Shown here: positions 28,634 to 38,867 of the stretch, piece after piece
How positions within the stretch are numbered: the first letter of the stretch is position 1
Layout of the letters: each line of letters starts with the position of its first letter
Assembly (NCBI GenBank): GCA_035937905.1
Contig: DASZHK010000107.1
Coordinates: forward strand, 536 to 64,535
Source of the DNA: Acidimicrobiales bacterium
Lineage (GTDB): Bacteria > Actinomycetota > Acidimicrobiia > Acidimicrobiales > RAAP-2
Length of the DNA stretch: 64,000 nucleotides
Direction of reading: 5' to 3'
Made by a program: the position numbers and the translations under genes
Notes under the pieces: model-generated
What the model was told of the DNA's origin: nothing
What the model saw: the letters and a program-made list of their open reading frames with translations, nothing else
Databases searched by the model: none

Positions 28634-30079
28634 ATGACCTCTGACGCCATCCAATTCAAAGTCGCCGACCTCTCACTCGCTGAGTTCGGTCGCGCGGAAA
28701 TCATCTTGGCCGAGCACGAAATGCCCGGTCTCATGGCCATGCGCGCCGAGTTCGGTGACACGAAGCCCCTCAAGGGATCACGCATCGCGGGATCCCTGCA
28801 CATGACGATCCAAACGGCCGTCCTCATCGAGACACTCGTCGCACTCGGCGCCGACGTTCGCTGGGTGAGTTGCAACATCTTCTCGACCCAAGATCACGCC
28901 GCGGCGGCGATCGTCGTCGGACCCACGGGGACCGTCGACGACCCCAAGGGTGTGCCGGTCTTCGCGTGGAAGGGCGAATCGCTCGAAGAGTACTGGTGGT
29001 GCACCGAACAACTTCTTCGCTGGCCCGGTTTCGACGGACCAACGATGATCCTCGACGACGGCGGCGACGCGACACTTCTCGTCCACAAGGGGCTCGAGTT
29101 CGAACGCGCGGGTTTCGTCCCCGCGCCGGAGTCGGCCGAGACCGAAGAGTACGGCGTCATCTTGCAGCTGCTCCACACCATCATCTCAAGTGGCGAGAAG
29201 ATCTTCGAGCCGATGGCCGCGGGCATCATTGGCGTCTCCGAAGAGACCACTACGGGCGTGCACCGTCTCTACGAGATGGAGCGCGACGGGGTCCTCCTCT
29301 TTCCCGCAATCAACGTCAACGACGCGGTGACCAAGTCCAAGTTTGACAACAAGTACGGCGTTCGCCACTCCCTCATCGACGGCATCAACCGCGCCACCGA
29401 CGTATTGATCGGCGGCAAGGTAGCCGTTGTGTGTGGCTACGGCGACGTGGGTAAGGGCTCGGCGGAGTCCTTCCGTGGTCAGGGTGCACGCGTCATCGTC
29501 ACCGAGATCGACCCGATCTGCGCGCTGCAGGCGGCCATGGACGGATTCCAAGTCACGACGCTCGAAGAGGCGTTGCCGCACGCGGACTTCGTCATCACCG
29601 CGACCGGCAACCGCGACATCGTCACCGTCGAGCACGTGCAGATGATGAAGCACCTCGCGGTCCTCGGCAACATCGGACACTTCGACAACGAGATCGACAT
29701 CGCCGGACTGACCAACCTGCCCGGCGTAACCCGAGAGACTATCAAGCCCCAAGTCGACAAGTGGACGTTGCCGAGCGGTCGAGCGATCATCGTGCTCTCC
29801 GAGGGCCGACTTCTCAACCTCGGCAACGCGACCGGTCACCCGAGCTTCGTGATGAGCAACTCCTTCACCGACCAGACCATGGCGCAGATCGAACTCTTCG
29901 TCAACCAGGAGAACTACGAGAACAAGGTCTACGTCTTGCCGAAGCATCTCGACGAGAAGGTCGCGCGTCTACACCTTGACGCGCTCGGCGTGAAGTTGAC
30001 GACGCTTTCCAAGCAACAGGCTGACTACATCGGCGTGGCCGTGGAAGGTCCGTACAAGCCGGATACGTACCGCTACTAA
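28634..30079 (+). CDS. ahcY: adenosylhomocysteinase
   Basis: '[10 protein letters not shown]', '[12 protein letters not shown]', 'SEETTTGV', '[11 protein letters not shown]', '[10 protein letters not shown]'. Confidence 0.98.
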   Translation: MTSDAIQFKVADLSLAEFGRAEIILAEHEMPGLMAMRAEFGDTKPLKGSRIAGSLHMTIQTAVLIETLVALGADVRWVSCNIFSTQDHAAAAIVVGPTGTVDDPKGVPVFAWKGESLEEYWWCTEQLLRWPGFDGPTMILDDGGDATLLVHKGLEFERAGFVPAPESAETEEYGVILQLLHTIISSGEKIFEPMAAGIIGVSEETTTGVHRLYEMERDGVLLFPAINVNDAVTKSKFDNKYGVRHSLIDGINRATDVLIGGKVAVVCGYGDVGKGSAESFRGQGARVIVTEIDPICALQAAMDGFQVTTLEEALPHADFVITATGNRDIVTVEHVQMMKHLAVLGNIGHFDNEIDIAGLTNLPGVTRETIKPQVDKWTLPSGRAIIVLSEGRLLNLGNATGHPSFVMSNSFTDQTMAQIELFVNQENYENKVYVLPKHLDEKVARLHLDALGVKLTTLSKQQADYIGVAVEGPYKPDTYRY

Positions 30080-30230
30080 CCACGCGGCCGAGCGAAACCG
30101 TTTCAAACTTCAACCCGCGTCAACCTGTCGGAACGATGAAAGTTGAGTATTACCATTAACTTTGTAGGATACGGAAAGCATTAACTTAACGACGTGACAG
30201 GGTGTCGCGGCAGAGATGGAGGAGACCGAA

Positions 30231-31529
30231 ATGGCTGAATGGGGATTTGAAACGCGTCAAATACACGCAGGCACCACCGCGGATCCAACAACCGGCGCGC
30301 GGGCCATTCCGATCTATCAGACCACGAGCTACGTCTTTCGCGACACGGCCCACGCGGCGGCCCTCTTCGGTCTCTCCGAACTCGGCAATATCTACACCCG
30401 GATCATGAACCCCACGCAGAGCGCCTTCGAGGATCGGATGGCGTCGCTCGAAGGTGGCGTCGCCGCCCTCGCGGTCTCGTCGGGATCGTCGGCGGAGACG
30501 ATCGCGCTGTTGAACCTCGCCGAGAACGGCGGCCACATCGTGTCGTCGGCGTCACTCTACGGTGGGACGTACAACCTCTTTCACTACACCCTGCCCAAGC
30601 TCGGTATCGAGACGACGTTCGTGGAGAACCCCGACGACTTGGCGGAGTGGGCCAGCGCGATTCGCCCAAACACCAAGGCGTTCTACGCGGAGACGCTCGG
30701 TAACCCCAAGGGCGACGTCCTCAACTTCGAAGGTGTCGCGAAAGTCGCGCACGACAACAAGATCCCCCTCGTCATCGACAACACCCTCGCGACGCCCTTT
30801 CTCTGTCGTCCCATCGAGCACGGCGCGGACGTCGTCGTGCACTCCGCCACCAAGTTCATCGGAGGACACGGTACGTCGATTGGCGGCGTGATCGTCGACA
30901 GCGGGAAGTTCGACTACGAAGGAAGCGGCCGATTCCCGGGCTTCACCGAGCCCGACCAGAGCTACCACGGACTCGTCTTCGGCGACCTCCCCGAACCCCT
31001 GTTCTCAGCGCGCTTCGTCTTGAAGGCGCGTCTGCAGTACCTGCGCGATATCGGCGCCGCGATCGCCCCGCTCAACTCGTTCCTCTTCTTGCAGGGACTC
31101 GAGACCTTGAGCCTGCGTATGGAGCGACACGTGTCCAACGCCACCACGGTCGCCAAGTGGCTCGAAGCTCGCGAGGACGTCTCGTGGGTGAACTTCCCCG
31201 GGCTCGAGTCGAGCCCCTGGCACGCGCTGCAGGTGCGCTACCTCCCGAAGGGCGCCGGCGCGGTACTGGCCTTTGGCATCGAGGGAGGCGCCGACGCGGG
31301 ACGCACCTTCATCGAAAGCCTCGAGCTCTTCAGCCACTTGGCGAACGTCGGTGACGCGAAGAGTTTGGCCATTCACCCGGCGTCCACGACGCACTCACAG
31401 TTGACCGAGGCCGAGCAACTCACGACGGGCGTGAGCGCTGACCTCGTGCGCCTCTCCATCGGCATCGAGTCGATCGAGGACATCTTGGCCGACCTCGAGA
31501 ACGCGTTTCGCGCGGTCAAGAAGGGATGA
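30231..31529 (+). CDS. metY: O-acetylhomoserine aminocarboxypropyltransferase (sulfhydrylase)
   Basis: 'PIYQTTSY', 'YTRIMNPT', PLP Lys '[11 protein letters not shown]', '[11 protein letters not shown]'. Confidence 0.95.
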   Translation: MAEWGFETRQIHAGTTADPTTGARAIPIYQTTSYVFRDTAHAAALFGLSELGNIYTRIMNPTQSAFEDRMASLEGGVAALAVSSGSSAETIALLNLAENGGHIVSSASLYGGTYNLFHYTLPKLGIETTFVENPDDLAEWASAIRPNTKAFYAETLGNPKGDVLNFEGVAKVAHDNKIPLVIDNTLATPFLCRPIEHGADVVVHSATKFIGGHGTSIGGVIVDSGKFDYEGSGRFPGFTEPDQSYHGLVFGDLPEPLFSARFVLKARLQYLRDIGAAIAPLNSFLFLQGLETLSLRMERHVSNATTVAKWLEAREDVSWVNFPGLESSPWHALQVRYLPKGAGAVLAFGIEGGADAGRTFIESLELFSHLANVGDAKSLAIHPASTTHSQLTEAEQLTTGVSADLVRLSIGIESIEDILADLENAFRAVKKG

Positions 31530-32656
31530 CCACGTCAAGGCCCGGGTATTGGCGACCAGGTGACGACCCCGGCGAGCGCGAGTTCGCCACCTTTCGCGGA
31601 GAGCACGACTCGGGCTTCACCTTCGAAGGTGGTGGCCACCTCGCCGAGGTGACCGTCGCCTACGAAACGTGGGGAACGCTCAACGCCGAACGCTCCAACG
31701 CCGTGCTGGTGCTGCACGCGCTCAGCGCCGACGCACACGCCGTGGGCGACGTTGGTCCGGGCCACCCCGCGCCCGGCTGGTGGAACGGCCTCATCGGGCC
31801 CGGACTCGCTCTCGACACGAACGAGTTCTTCGTCGTCTGTTCCAACGTGCTCGGTGGCGCGCAAGGGACGACCGGTCCCTCGTCGCTCGACGAGAACGGA
31901 CGACCCTACGGCTCACGATTCCCCGTCATCACCGTGCGCGACCAAGTGACGATTGAAGTGGCCCTCGCGGACCACTTGGACGTCGCGGCCTGGCACGCCG
32001 TCGTGGGTGGCTCGATGGGCGGGATGCGCGTGCTCGAGTGGGCTGTGGGCTATCCGAGCAGGGTGCGGCGCGCCGTCGTGCTGGCCGTCGGTGCCGCGTC
32101 GAGCGCCGATCAGATCGCTCAGAGTTCCTTCCAGGTTCGAGCTATCCGGGCTGACCCGCACTTCCTCGGCGGCGACTACTACGAAAGTGGCGCGACGCCC
32201 GACGAGGGCATGGCGATCGCCCGCGGTCTTGGCCACATCACCTATCGATCATCGAGTGAGTTCGACGCGCGTTTCGGCCGGGCGAGCCAGGGCGAGACCG
32301 ATCCCCTTCACGGCGGCCTCTACGCCATCGAGTCGTACCTCGCCTATCAAGGTGAAAAACTCGTCCGACGTTTCGACGCCAATAGTTACGTCGTACTGAG
32401 CGAAGCGATGAATCACCACGACGTCGGTCGGGGTCGTGGTGGCGTCGCGGCAGCCCTCGGTGCGATAGAGAGCCAGGTCACGGTGATCGGTATCGACTCG
32501 GATCGTCTCTACCCCTTGAGACTCCAAGAGGAGATCGTGCGTCTCACGCCCACCGCTCAACCGCTCTTCGTCATCACCTCAGCGGTCGGTCACGACGGGT
32601 TCTTGCTCGAAGTCGACCAAATCGGAAAGATCATCCACGCCGCGCTGCACGAGTAG
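31526..32656 (+). CDS. metX: homoserine O-acetyltransferase
   Basis: 'HALSADAH', 'GGSMGGM', 'FDANSY', 'GHDGFLLE'; ATGA overlap with metY. Confidence 0.95.
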   Translation: MTTSRPGYWRPGDDPGEREFATFRGEHDSGFTFEGGGHLAEVTVAYETWGTLNAERSNAVLVLHALSADAHAVGDVGPGHPAPGWWNGLIGPGLALDTNEFFVVCSNVLGGAQGTTGPSSLDENGRPYGSRFPVITVRDQVTIEVALADHLDVAAWHAVVGGSMGGMRVLEWAVGYPSRVRRAVVLAVGAASSADQIAQSSFQVRAIRADPHFLGGDYYESGATPDEGMAIARGLGHITYRSSSEFDARFGRASQGETDPLHGGLYAIESYLAYQGEKLVRRFDANSYVVLSEAMNHHDVGRGRGGVAAALGAIESQVTVIGIDSDRLYPLRLQEEIVRLTPTAQPLFVITSAVGHDGFLLEVDQIGKIIHAALHE

Positions 32657-32677
32657 CGACGCAGCGACTGCCGTTCG

Positions 32678-33538
32678 TCAGCGGTAACCGGCAAAGATGT
32701 CGTTCGATAGCCCAGAAACGGCCATCGGATTCGTCACGCGCACGAACCACTCGGTGCGCATTGCCTCTTTGAATTGCTCGCGACCCATCTTCATCCAGAA
32801 GGATTCGGCGATCTGCGAGTGGTGCGCGGCCAACGCGTCGAACTTGGCGTCGTTCGCCGAGCTCACGTCGACGGCCACGTCGACGAGTTCGTCGGGCGTG
32901 CCCATCTGCACTCGATCCTCTTCGCTCTCTTCGGGCTCGGGGGGGCGCACGATGCCCTTGGCTTCGTCCGCGGCTCGCTTCTCGCGCTCCTCTTGCTCCC
33001 ACCGCGCACCCATGATCGCCATGACCGAGTTCGGGATCGCGTTGAAGTACAGCGTCGGCTCGTAGTCGAGCAGTTCAAGGGCCGCCATCGTGACGCGATG
33101 GGCTTGGATGTGGTCGGGATGACCGTAGAAGCCGTAGGCGTTGTAGGTCATGACGACCTGGGGGCGCTCCTCGAGCAAGACCTCGGCGAGTCGCTTCGCG
33201 GCCTCGTCGACGGGCGTCGCCCAGAAGGATTCGGGGTCGTCGTTCTGGGGCCAGCCCTTCATCCCCGAGTCCCGGTAGCCCAAGCGCACCAGTCGGTCGA
33301 TGCCGAGGATCTTCACGGCGTTGTCGAGTTCGACGGCGCGGACCTTCGCCACTTCGTCGCCGTCGTGGTGATCGGCGTCGGGCTTCGCGCCGTCGAGCGC
33401 GTCACCGCACTCGCCGTTGGTGCACGTCACGAGCACCGTGCGCACGCCCTGGTCAGCGAGCAGGCGAAAAAGTCCGCCCGTCGAGCTCGCCTCGTCGTCG
33501 GGGTGAGCGTGCACCGCCAAGAAAGTAAGTCCCATCAC
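32678..33538 (-). CDS. PIG-L family deacetylase (MshB/Mca-like)
   Basis: 'AHPDDE', 'GYRDSGM', 'GFYGHPDH'. Confidence 0.9.
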   Translation of the reverse strand: MMGLTFLAVHAHPDDEASSTGGLFRLLADQGVRTVLVTCTNGECGDALDGAKPDADHHDGDEVAKVRAVELDNAVKILGIDRLVRLGYRDSGMKGWPQNDDPESFWATPVDEAAKRLAEVLLEERPQVVMTYNAYGFYGHPDHIQAHRVTMAALELLDYEPTLYFNAIPNSVMAIMGARWEQEEREKRAADEAKGIVRPPEPEESEEDRVQMGTPDELVDVAVDVSSANDAKFDALAAHHSQIAESFWMKMGREQFKEAMRTEWFVRVTNPMAVSGLSNDIFAGYR

Positions 33539-34350
33539 AGTCCTCCAAAGAGATCGGCACCGTCGCCCGTCGCCGCGTGGCGACTCCAGGCGCGCTGGTA
33601 GTACTCAGTACCAAAGAGCAGTGTAAAGAGTTCTTCGTTCATTCGAACGAGGTCTCCGTTGTCGACTTGTGAGGCGTGCGCCGCCATGGCCTCTTGCTTC
33701 AGTTTCGCGTACGCGCTCACGTCCATCGTCGTCGCCACGAGTTCGTCCGGGATATTCGTTCCGGCGTCGAGCACCCACGCGGGCATGGAGAGATCGAGTT
33801 CCTTCGCGCCCGCGACGAACCTCGTGATGACGCCTCGAGGCACCACGGGGTAGTACAGGCGTTCGACGCTCGAGGAGAAATCGAGGGCGCGACGGGTCAC
33901 CACGTTGGCCTGCACGTGATCGGGGTGACCATAGAAACCGTTTTCGTCGTAGGTAACGACGACGGCTGCTCGTTCTTGGTCGACGATCGTGGCGATCGTC
34001 GCGGCGACCGCGTCGACGTCGACGTTGATGAAAGCGTTCGGGTGGTCGTTCTCCGCCCAGCCCTTCATACCCGAGTCCTCGAAGCCGAGGGTGACGACGC
34101 GAGCGATGCCGAGCAACGAAGCAGCGCGTTGCAGTTCACCGGCACGGACGATCTTCGTCCTCAGGGAATCGTGGTGCGCTTCGTTGCCCGGTCGTCCGGC
34201 GGGGTCGATGCCCAACTGACCGTAGGTGCAGGTGATCAAGACCACGCGGTGGCCGAGGGCCGCGTAGTGCGCGACTGCTCCGGCACCAAAAAACGCCTCA
34301 TCGTCGGGGTGCGCGTGCACGCAGACGAGCGTGGGGAGAGAACTCATCAC
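33535..34350 (-). CDS. PIG-L family deacetylase (MshB/Mca-like), paralog
   Basis: 'AHPDDE', 'GFEDSGM', 'GFYGHPDH'; overlaps next gene start. Confidence 0.9.
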   Translation of the reverse strand: MMSSLPTLVCVHAHPDDEAFFGAGAVAHYAALGHRVVLITCTYGQLGIDPAGRPGNEAHHDSLRTKIVRAGELQRAASLLGIARVVTLGFEDSGMKGWAENDHPNAFINVDVDAVAATIATIVDQERAAVVVTYDENGFYGHPDHVQANVVTRRALDFSSSVERLYYPVVPRGVITRFVAGAKELDLSMPAWVLDAGTNIPDELVATTMDVSAYAKLKQEAMAAHASQVDNGDLVRMNEELFTLLFGTEYYQRAWSRHAATGDGADLFGGL

Positions 34351-34417
34351 ATGAGACTATGAGATGGCTGTCACGTCACAGCACGAACTTCGTCGTCGCT
34401 GCGAAGGACACCGAGCC

Positions 34418-36049
34418 TCACTTGTGAAGTCCCAACTGAAGTCCCTTCACGATCAGCATGATGACCGCGACGACGAGGTAACCACGAAGGAGGTACATCC
34501 CGAAGAGTCGACCCCGCGACCACTTCGGTCGACTCAGAAGGCTGATCGACGGCATACGCCACGACGAGCGACTGCGCATGAGGTCCGGCGACATCGCCAC
34601 GCGACGCGAACGAGTTCGATAGAGCACGACGCCACTGACGACGTAGGCGACGAGCAGCGTGACGCCCAACGTGACCGCGAGGGTCCGGACGTTGATCGAG
34701 GTGAAGAGCGTCGTGATCATGAGGACCAGCGACATCATGAGCAGGATCGAGACGATGATGCTCGCGACGACGTTGAGCCACAGCTTGTTGATCCAGGGTC
34801 CGAGAACCTCTTTGTCGTTGCAAAGAAGTAGCAGAAAGACGGTGGCACTGGGCAGGAGCACGCCCGCCAGCGCCTGCACGCTCGTCGTGATGAGCCCGAG
34901 AGGCGCGTGAGGAATGATGACGATGCCCGCGGCCCCGATCACCATGGCCGAGAAGACGCTGTAGAAGAACTTGGCGTCGCGCCAACTGCGGTGCAAGGAG
35001 TGCTTGGCCCCGAACATGTCACCGAACGCGTAGGAGGTCGCGAGTGTCACCGAGGCGGCGCCGATGATCGACGCGTTCAAGAGGATGATCGCGAACAGTG
35101 TCCCGGCGGCCGTGCCCACGTACTTCTTCAAGCCGTTGGAGACCGCCCCCGCGTTCACGAAGTGTCCGGCTAGCGGCGTCTTGCCGAACGCGATGGCGAC
35201 GACCGCCATCAAAACCGCCGCGGCGAAGACCGTGACAATCGATCCAAGCACGGTGTCGAGGCGTTCGTAGTTGATCCACCGTGGCGTGATGCGCTTGTCG
35301 ACGATGTTCGACTGCTGAAAGAAGAGCTGCCACGGCGCCACGGTGGTACCCACGATGGCCATGATCAACAGGACGGACGTGGAGTTGAAACCACCTTTGA
35401 CCCCGGGCGTCACGAGACCATGAAGGAACGGTTGGATCGTTGGGTGACGAAAGACGGCGAGAGGGATGACGAGGAAGTTCGCGAAGATGAACACGAACAT
35501 GAATCGTTCCCACCGTCGGAAACTTCCGGACGCGGTCATCAAGATGAGTCCCAGCGCCGCGAGGGGCACCGAGATGTACTCACTGACGCCGAAGTAGCCG
35601 AGGGCCAGACTGACGCCGATGAACTCCGTGGCGATCGTGAGGAAGTTGAGTACGAAGAGGTCCCCCACCGAGAAGGCGCCCCAGAACTTCCCGAACCGTT
35701 CGTTGATCAGTCGGGCGTGACCGACACCCGTCACGGCACCCAGTCGGACCACCATCTCCTGATTGACGACCAGGACCGGGATCAGGAGCGGGAGCGTCCA
35801 GAGAAGCGTCAGACCGAAGTTCTGACCGGCCTGCGCGTACGTAGCGACGCCACCGGCGTCGTTGTCGCCCACCATGACGATGAGACCCGGTCCCATGATG
35901 GCGAGCATCGTGAGGAGGCGCGCTTTCAACGACGTGCGAGCGCCCACGTCGTGTTGACCAATGGTGCCAAAGGCTCCTTGGATGTCACCGACGTGTGCCT
36001 GGTCCAGCACCGCGGAGGCGGGATCGAGGTGGGGGTTCTTCTCAGCCAT
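34418..36049 (-). CDS. NRAMP-related divalent metal (probably Mg2+) transporter
   Basis: 'GDNDAGG' in place of DPGN, 'GTTVAPWQLFF'; start moved to ATG 36049. Confidence 0.85.
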   Translation of the reverse strand: MAEKNPHLDPASAVLDQAHVGDIQGAFGTIGQHDVGARTSLKARLLTMLAIMGPGLIVMVGDNDAGGVATYAQAGQNFGLTLLWTLPLLIPVLVVNQEMVVRLGAVTGVGHARLINERFGKFWGAFSVGDLFVLNFLTIATEFIGVSLALGYFGVSEYISVPLAALGLILMTASGSFRRWERFMFVFIFANFLVIPLAVFRHPTIQPFLHGLVTPGVKGGFNSTSVLLIMAIVGTTVAPWQLFFQQSNIVDKRITPRWINYERLDTVLGSIVTVFAAAVLMAVVAIAFGKTPLAGHFVNAGAVSNGLKKYVGTAAGTLFAIILLNASIIGAASVTLATSYAFGDMFGAKHSLHRSWRDAKFFYSVFSAMVIGAAGIVIIPHAPLGLITTSVQALAGVLLPSATVFLLLLCNDKEVLGPWINKLWLNVVASIIVSILLMMSLVLMITTLFTSINVRTLAVTLGVTLLVAYVVSGVVLYRTRSRRVAMSPDLMRSRSSWRMPSISLLSRPKWSRGRLFGMYLLRGYLVVAVIMLIVKGLQLGLHK

Positions 36050-36059
36050 GACGACGCCC

Positions 36060-36272
36060 CTAGCGGCCCCTCGCGCAACCATCGAAACGCGCACGAACGG
36101 CACTCGACGATCGGCGACAAGCCCACGCGGACGAAACGAGCGTCGCGTCGCTCACGTTGAACGCGGGCGACGTCGAGCGCGGCGGCGACGTCGAGAGTTG
36201 AGCGACGACGTGGCGCGTCTCGTTGGTCAACACGCGGTTGATTGGCGTTACTTTCGACTTGTTACGCTGCAC
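36060..36272 (-). CDS. small ORF (70 aa) preceding the NRAMP-like gene
   Basis: AAGGAGGT 6 nt before GTG; stop 10 nt before transporter ATG. Confidence 0.55.
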   Translation of the reverse strand: MQRNKSKVTPINRVLTNETRHVVAQLSTSPPRSTSPAFNVSDATLVSSAWACRRSSSAVRARFDGCARGR

Positions 36273-36428
36273 GCTCCACCTCCTTTCGTCTCGATGTGGT
36301 CGTTAAGCGAAACAACCACGCGGAGGCTAAAGGGGGCTAAGCGCTCTCCTCTAGGTACGGGCGAAGTTGTGTCGGTACGTCTGAAGCCTCACGGCTGGCA
36401 CTAGGGGGTTTCAGAGAGACCCCCTTAG
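36273..36428 (-). promoter_or_regulatory. structured leader, candidate metal-responsive riboswitch
   Basis: Several stems, GTGA tetraloop, anti-SD CCTCC and competing GAGGCT; see findings. Confidence 0.45.
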
Positions 36429-36454
36429 AACGTGACCTTGGTTGGCGCGGCTCA

Positions 36455-37714
36455 TTACTCCTCCACCGCGCCCATGCCGAACTCGGCGCGCCAGCCCTGG
36501 GGCAAGAGCTCCTCGAGTAGGTCATCCACTGTCACCACGCCGATCATCTTGGCGTGCTCGCTGTCGAGCACCGGCAACACGGTCAAGTTGAAGTCACTCA
36601 TTTTTCTTGAGACTTGGTGCAGGTCCCACTGCGGATGCACGTGGGCCATGTGCGTCTTCGCGACGCTGAGGGCCAACTCGTTGGGTCGCGCACGAACGAG
36701 TGGCGCGATGGAGGCGGCGCCGATGGGTTGACCGCTGTCGTCAAGAACGAAGACCGCCTGCAGTGATTCCGCAGGAACGCTCGAGGTTCGAATGGCGTCG
36801 AGCGCGTCGGCGACGGTCGCGGTCGCGGGAACGGAGACGAAGTCAGGGTTCATCATGCCGCCCGCCGTGTCCGCGTTGTACGAGAGAAGCTGGCGAACTT
36901 TGGTCTGTTGCATGGTCGGCAAGAGTTCGAGAATCGGCAGACGGCGCTCTTGATCGATCTCCGTGATGAGGTCCGCCGCGTTGTCCGGCTCCATTCGCGA
37001 CAAGAGTCGCGCGGCCTCGGCGTCGCTGCGCGACTCCAAGAACTCCAACTGGTGGGTCGTGTCGAGCTCTTCGAAGACGTCGGCCTCGAGCTCGCGGTCG
37101 AGTCCCACGGCCTCGATGATCTCCTCGCCCTCTTCGTGACTCGCCTGTTCGACGAGGTCGGCGATCTGGGCGGGGTGGAGCTTCGCGAGTTTGCGATACG
37201 GGATGCGAAGTCGCGCAGTCGGGACGTGCGAGACGAAGGGCTCAATAGAGGCGAAGTCCACGATGGCGTCGGTCTGCACGTGCGAACCGATCTTGTGACC
37301 GAGGACTCGACGAAGGAACGACCGCCGACCCGGGTCCACGCCGACGACTTCCCAGCGACCGTCGATCTCCGCGATCTCGATCTCGTTGGCGATGATGATG
37401 CGCCCACGCACCAAGTTGATGAGGTGGCGCGCGAGGAGGTCCTCGGCCAGCAAGAGCTCGCCCGGTCGACGCTCGAAACGACGAAGGTCGACCCTTCGCC
37501 CCTCGAAGGTCATGCGACCCTGAGCGAGACCACCGATCTTCTTTATCGAAACGAAGAGGTTGCGCCCTTCAATGCGAATGACGGCGCCCACGATGGGCGG
37601 GTGCGGATCGTCGCCGAGGCGCGCGACCAGGTCTTGGACGCGTCCGATTCTGTCACCGTCGGAGTCGAAGATCGGACGGCGCAGAAAAGTAGAGAGGTGC
37701 AGAATTTCGGTCAT
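36455..37714 (-). CDS. soluble PRC-barrel + MgtE N-domain + CBS-pair protein
   Basis: 'KLAKLHPAQIADLVE', 'DTAGGMMNPDF', 'IGVVTVDDLLE'; no MgtE TM domain. Confidence 0.88.
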   Translation of the reverse strand: MTEILHLSTFLRRPIFDSDGDRIGRVQDLVARLGDDPHPPIVGAVIRIEGRNLFVSIKKIGGLAQGRMTFEGRRVDLRRFERRPGELLLAEDLLARHLINLVRGRIIIANEIEIAEIDGRWEVVGVDPGRRSFLRRVLGHKIGSHVQTDAIVDFASIEPFVSHVPTARLRIPYRKLAKLHPAQIADLVEQASHEEGEEIIEAVGLDRELEADVFEELDTTHQLEFLESRSDAEAARLLSRMEPDNAADLITEIDQERRLPILELLPTMQQTKVRQLLSYNADTAGGMMNPDFVSVPATATVADALDAIRTSSVPAESLQAVFVLDDSGQPIGAASIAPLVRARPNELALSVAKTHMAHVHPQWDLHQVSRKMSDFNLTVLPVLDSEHAKMIGVVTVDDLLEELLPQGWRAEFGMGAVEE

Positions 37715-37806
37715 AGAAAGCCGTTAGAACGCCCTAAGGCTACCTCTTCGAAAGAAGCGTCTCCAGCGTCAATCGGTGAACGTCACGCGAACGAAGCGCG
37801 AAGAAT

Positions 37807-38835
37807 TCAGTGATTCGAAGGGACGAATCGCGCGAGCACGTCGCCGACGAAATCGACGTCGCCGTCGCTCACCCCCGCGTGGGTGACGAAGCGCGCGCGT
37901 TTCGGCGCGACCGTCCCGCCGTCGACGCCGAGGTTCGACAACTCTTCGACGATCTGACGCGCCTGGGGGTGATTGAACGACACGATGTTGGTGCGACACG
38001 TCGTCGGGTCGTAGTTCGACTCGGGAAACGCGGCGGCGAAGAGATCGGCGAGTCGGCGCGCCCTCGCGTGGTCTTCGCTCAGTCGCTCGACCATGGTGTC
38101 GAGGGCGACGAGGCCCGCGGCGGCCAAGAAGCCAGCTTGGCGCATCGCCCCACCGAGGCGCTTGCGCTCGACGCGTGCCTGTGCCATCACCGACGCAGGT
38201 CCCGCGAGCAACGAACCCACAGGGGCGCAGAGCCCCTTCGACAGACACGTCATGACGGTCGTCGCGGGCGCCGAGTACGCCGCAGCACTCGTGCCCGTCG
38301 CGACGACCGCGTTGAAGAGTCGCGCGCCGTCGAGGTGCAGTGATCGCTCACCAATCGCGCCGGCGAGTTGGCGAAGGTCTTCGACGTCCCAGGGCGTTCC
38401 GCCCGAGAGCATGTGCGTGTTCTCGACGGTGACCATCGACACGTGCGGCTGGTGGTCACCTTCGGCGTCGATGAGTTCGAGCACGTCGGCGAGTTCGAGC
38501 GAGCCGTTCGTATCGTCCACGGTCGCGAACTGCACGGACGAATTGCGTGCCGCGGCGCCCATCTCGAAGCTCACGAGATGTTGGGAGCGCCCGGCGACGA
38601 TCACGTCGCCGGGGTGGGCCAGCACGCGCAAGGCAATCTGATTGGCCATGACGCCCGACACGACGAAGACGGCGGCTTCCTTATCGACGAGTTCGGCGAA
38701 CCGCTGTTCGAGTTCGTTGATCGTCGGGTCTTCGCTGTAGCCGTCGTCACCTACGACGGCGTTCGCCATCGCCTCACGCATCGCGGGCGTCGGTTGGGTC
38801 ACCGTGTCACTGCGTAAGTCCACTCGTCGAGTCAT
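37807..38835 (-). CDS. ltaE: low-specificity L-threonine aldolase
   Basis: 'DLRSDTVT', 'SGVMANQ', 'HLDGARLFNA', 'CLSKGLCAPVG'. Confidence 0.93.
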   Translation of the reverse strand: MTRRVDLRSDTVTQPTPAMREAMANAVVGDDGYSEDPTINELEQRFAELVDKEAAVFVVSGVMANQIALRVLAHPGDVIVAGRSQHLVSFEMGAAARNSSVQFATVDDTNGSLELADVLELIDAEGDHQPHVSMVTVENTHMLSGGTPWDVEDLRQLAGAIGERSLHLDGARLFNAVVATGTSAAAYSAPATTVMTCLSKGLCAPVGSLLAGPASVMAQARVERKRLGGAMRQAGFLAAAGLVALDTMVERLSEDHARARRLADLFAAAFPESNYDPTTCRTNIVSFNHPQARQIVEELSNLGVDGGTVAPKRARFVTHAGVSDGDVDFVGDVLARFVPSNH

Positions 38836-38867
38836 AGAGAAAGGCTACCGGCTCATAAACTGCGCCT

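Noticed and set aside
28565-30230. Canonical SAH or SAM-I/IV riboswitches before ahcY and metY
   Set aside because: Consensus cores not found; leaders are short
36166-36195. GGCGACGTCGAG short direct repeat as a CRISPR or iteron
   Set aside because: Only two copies, inside the small ORF, GC-rich; no array anywhere in the window
36273-36428. M-box (ykoK), yybP-ykoY or NiCo riboswitch call
   Set aside because: Only GTGAGGCT resembles the M-box core; the other conserved segments are not visible, so it is kept as an unassigned candidate
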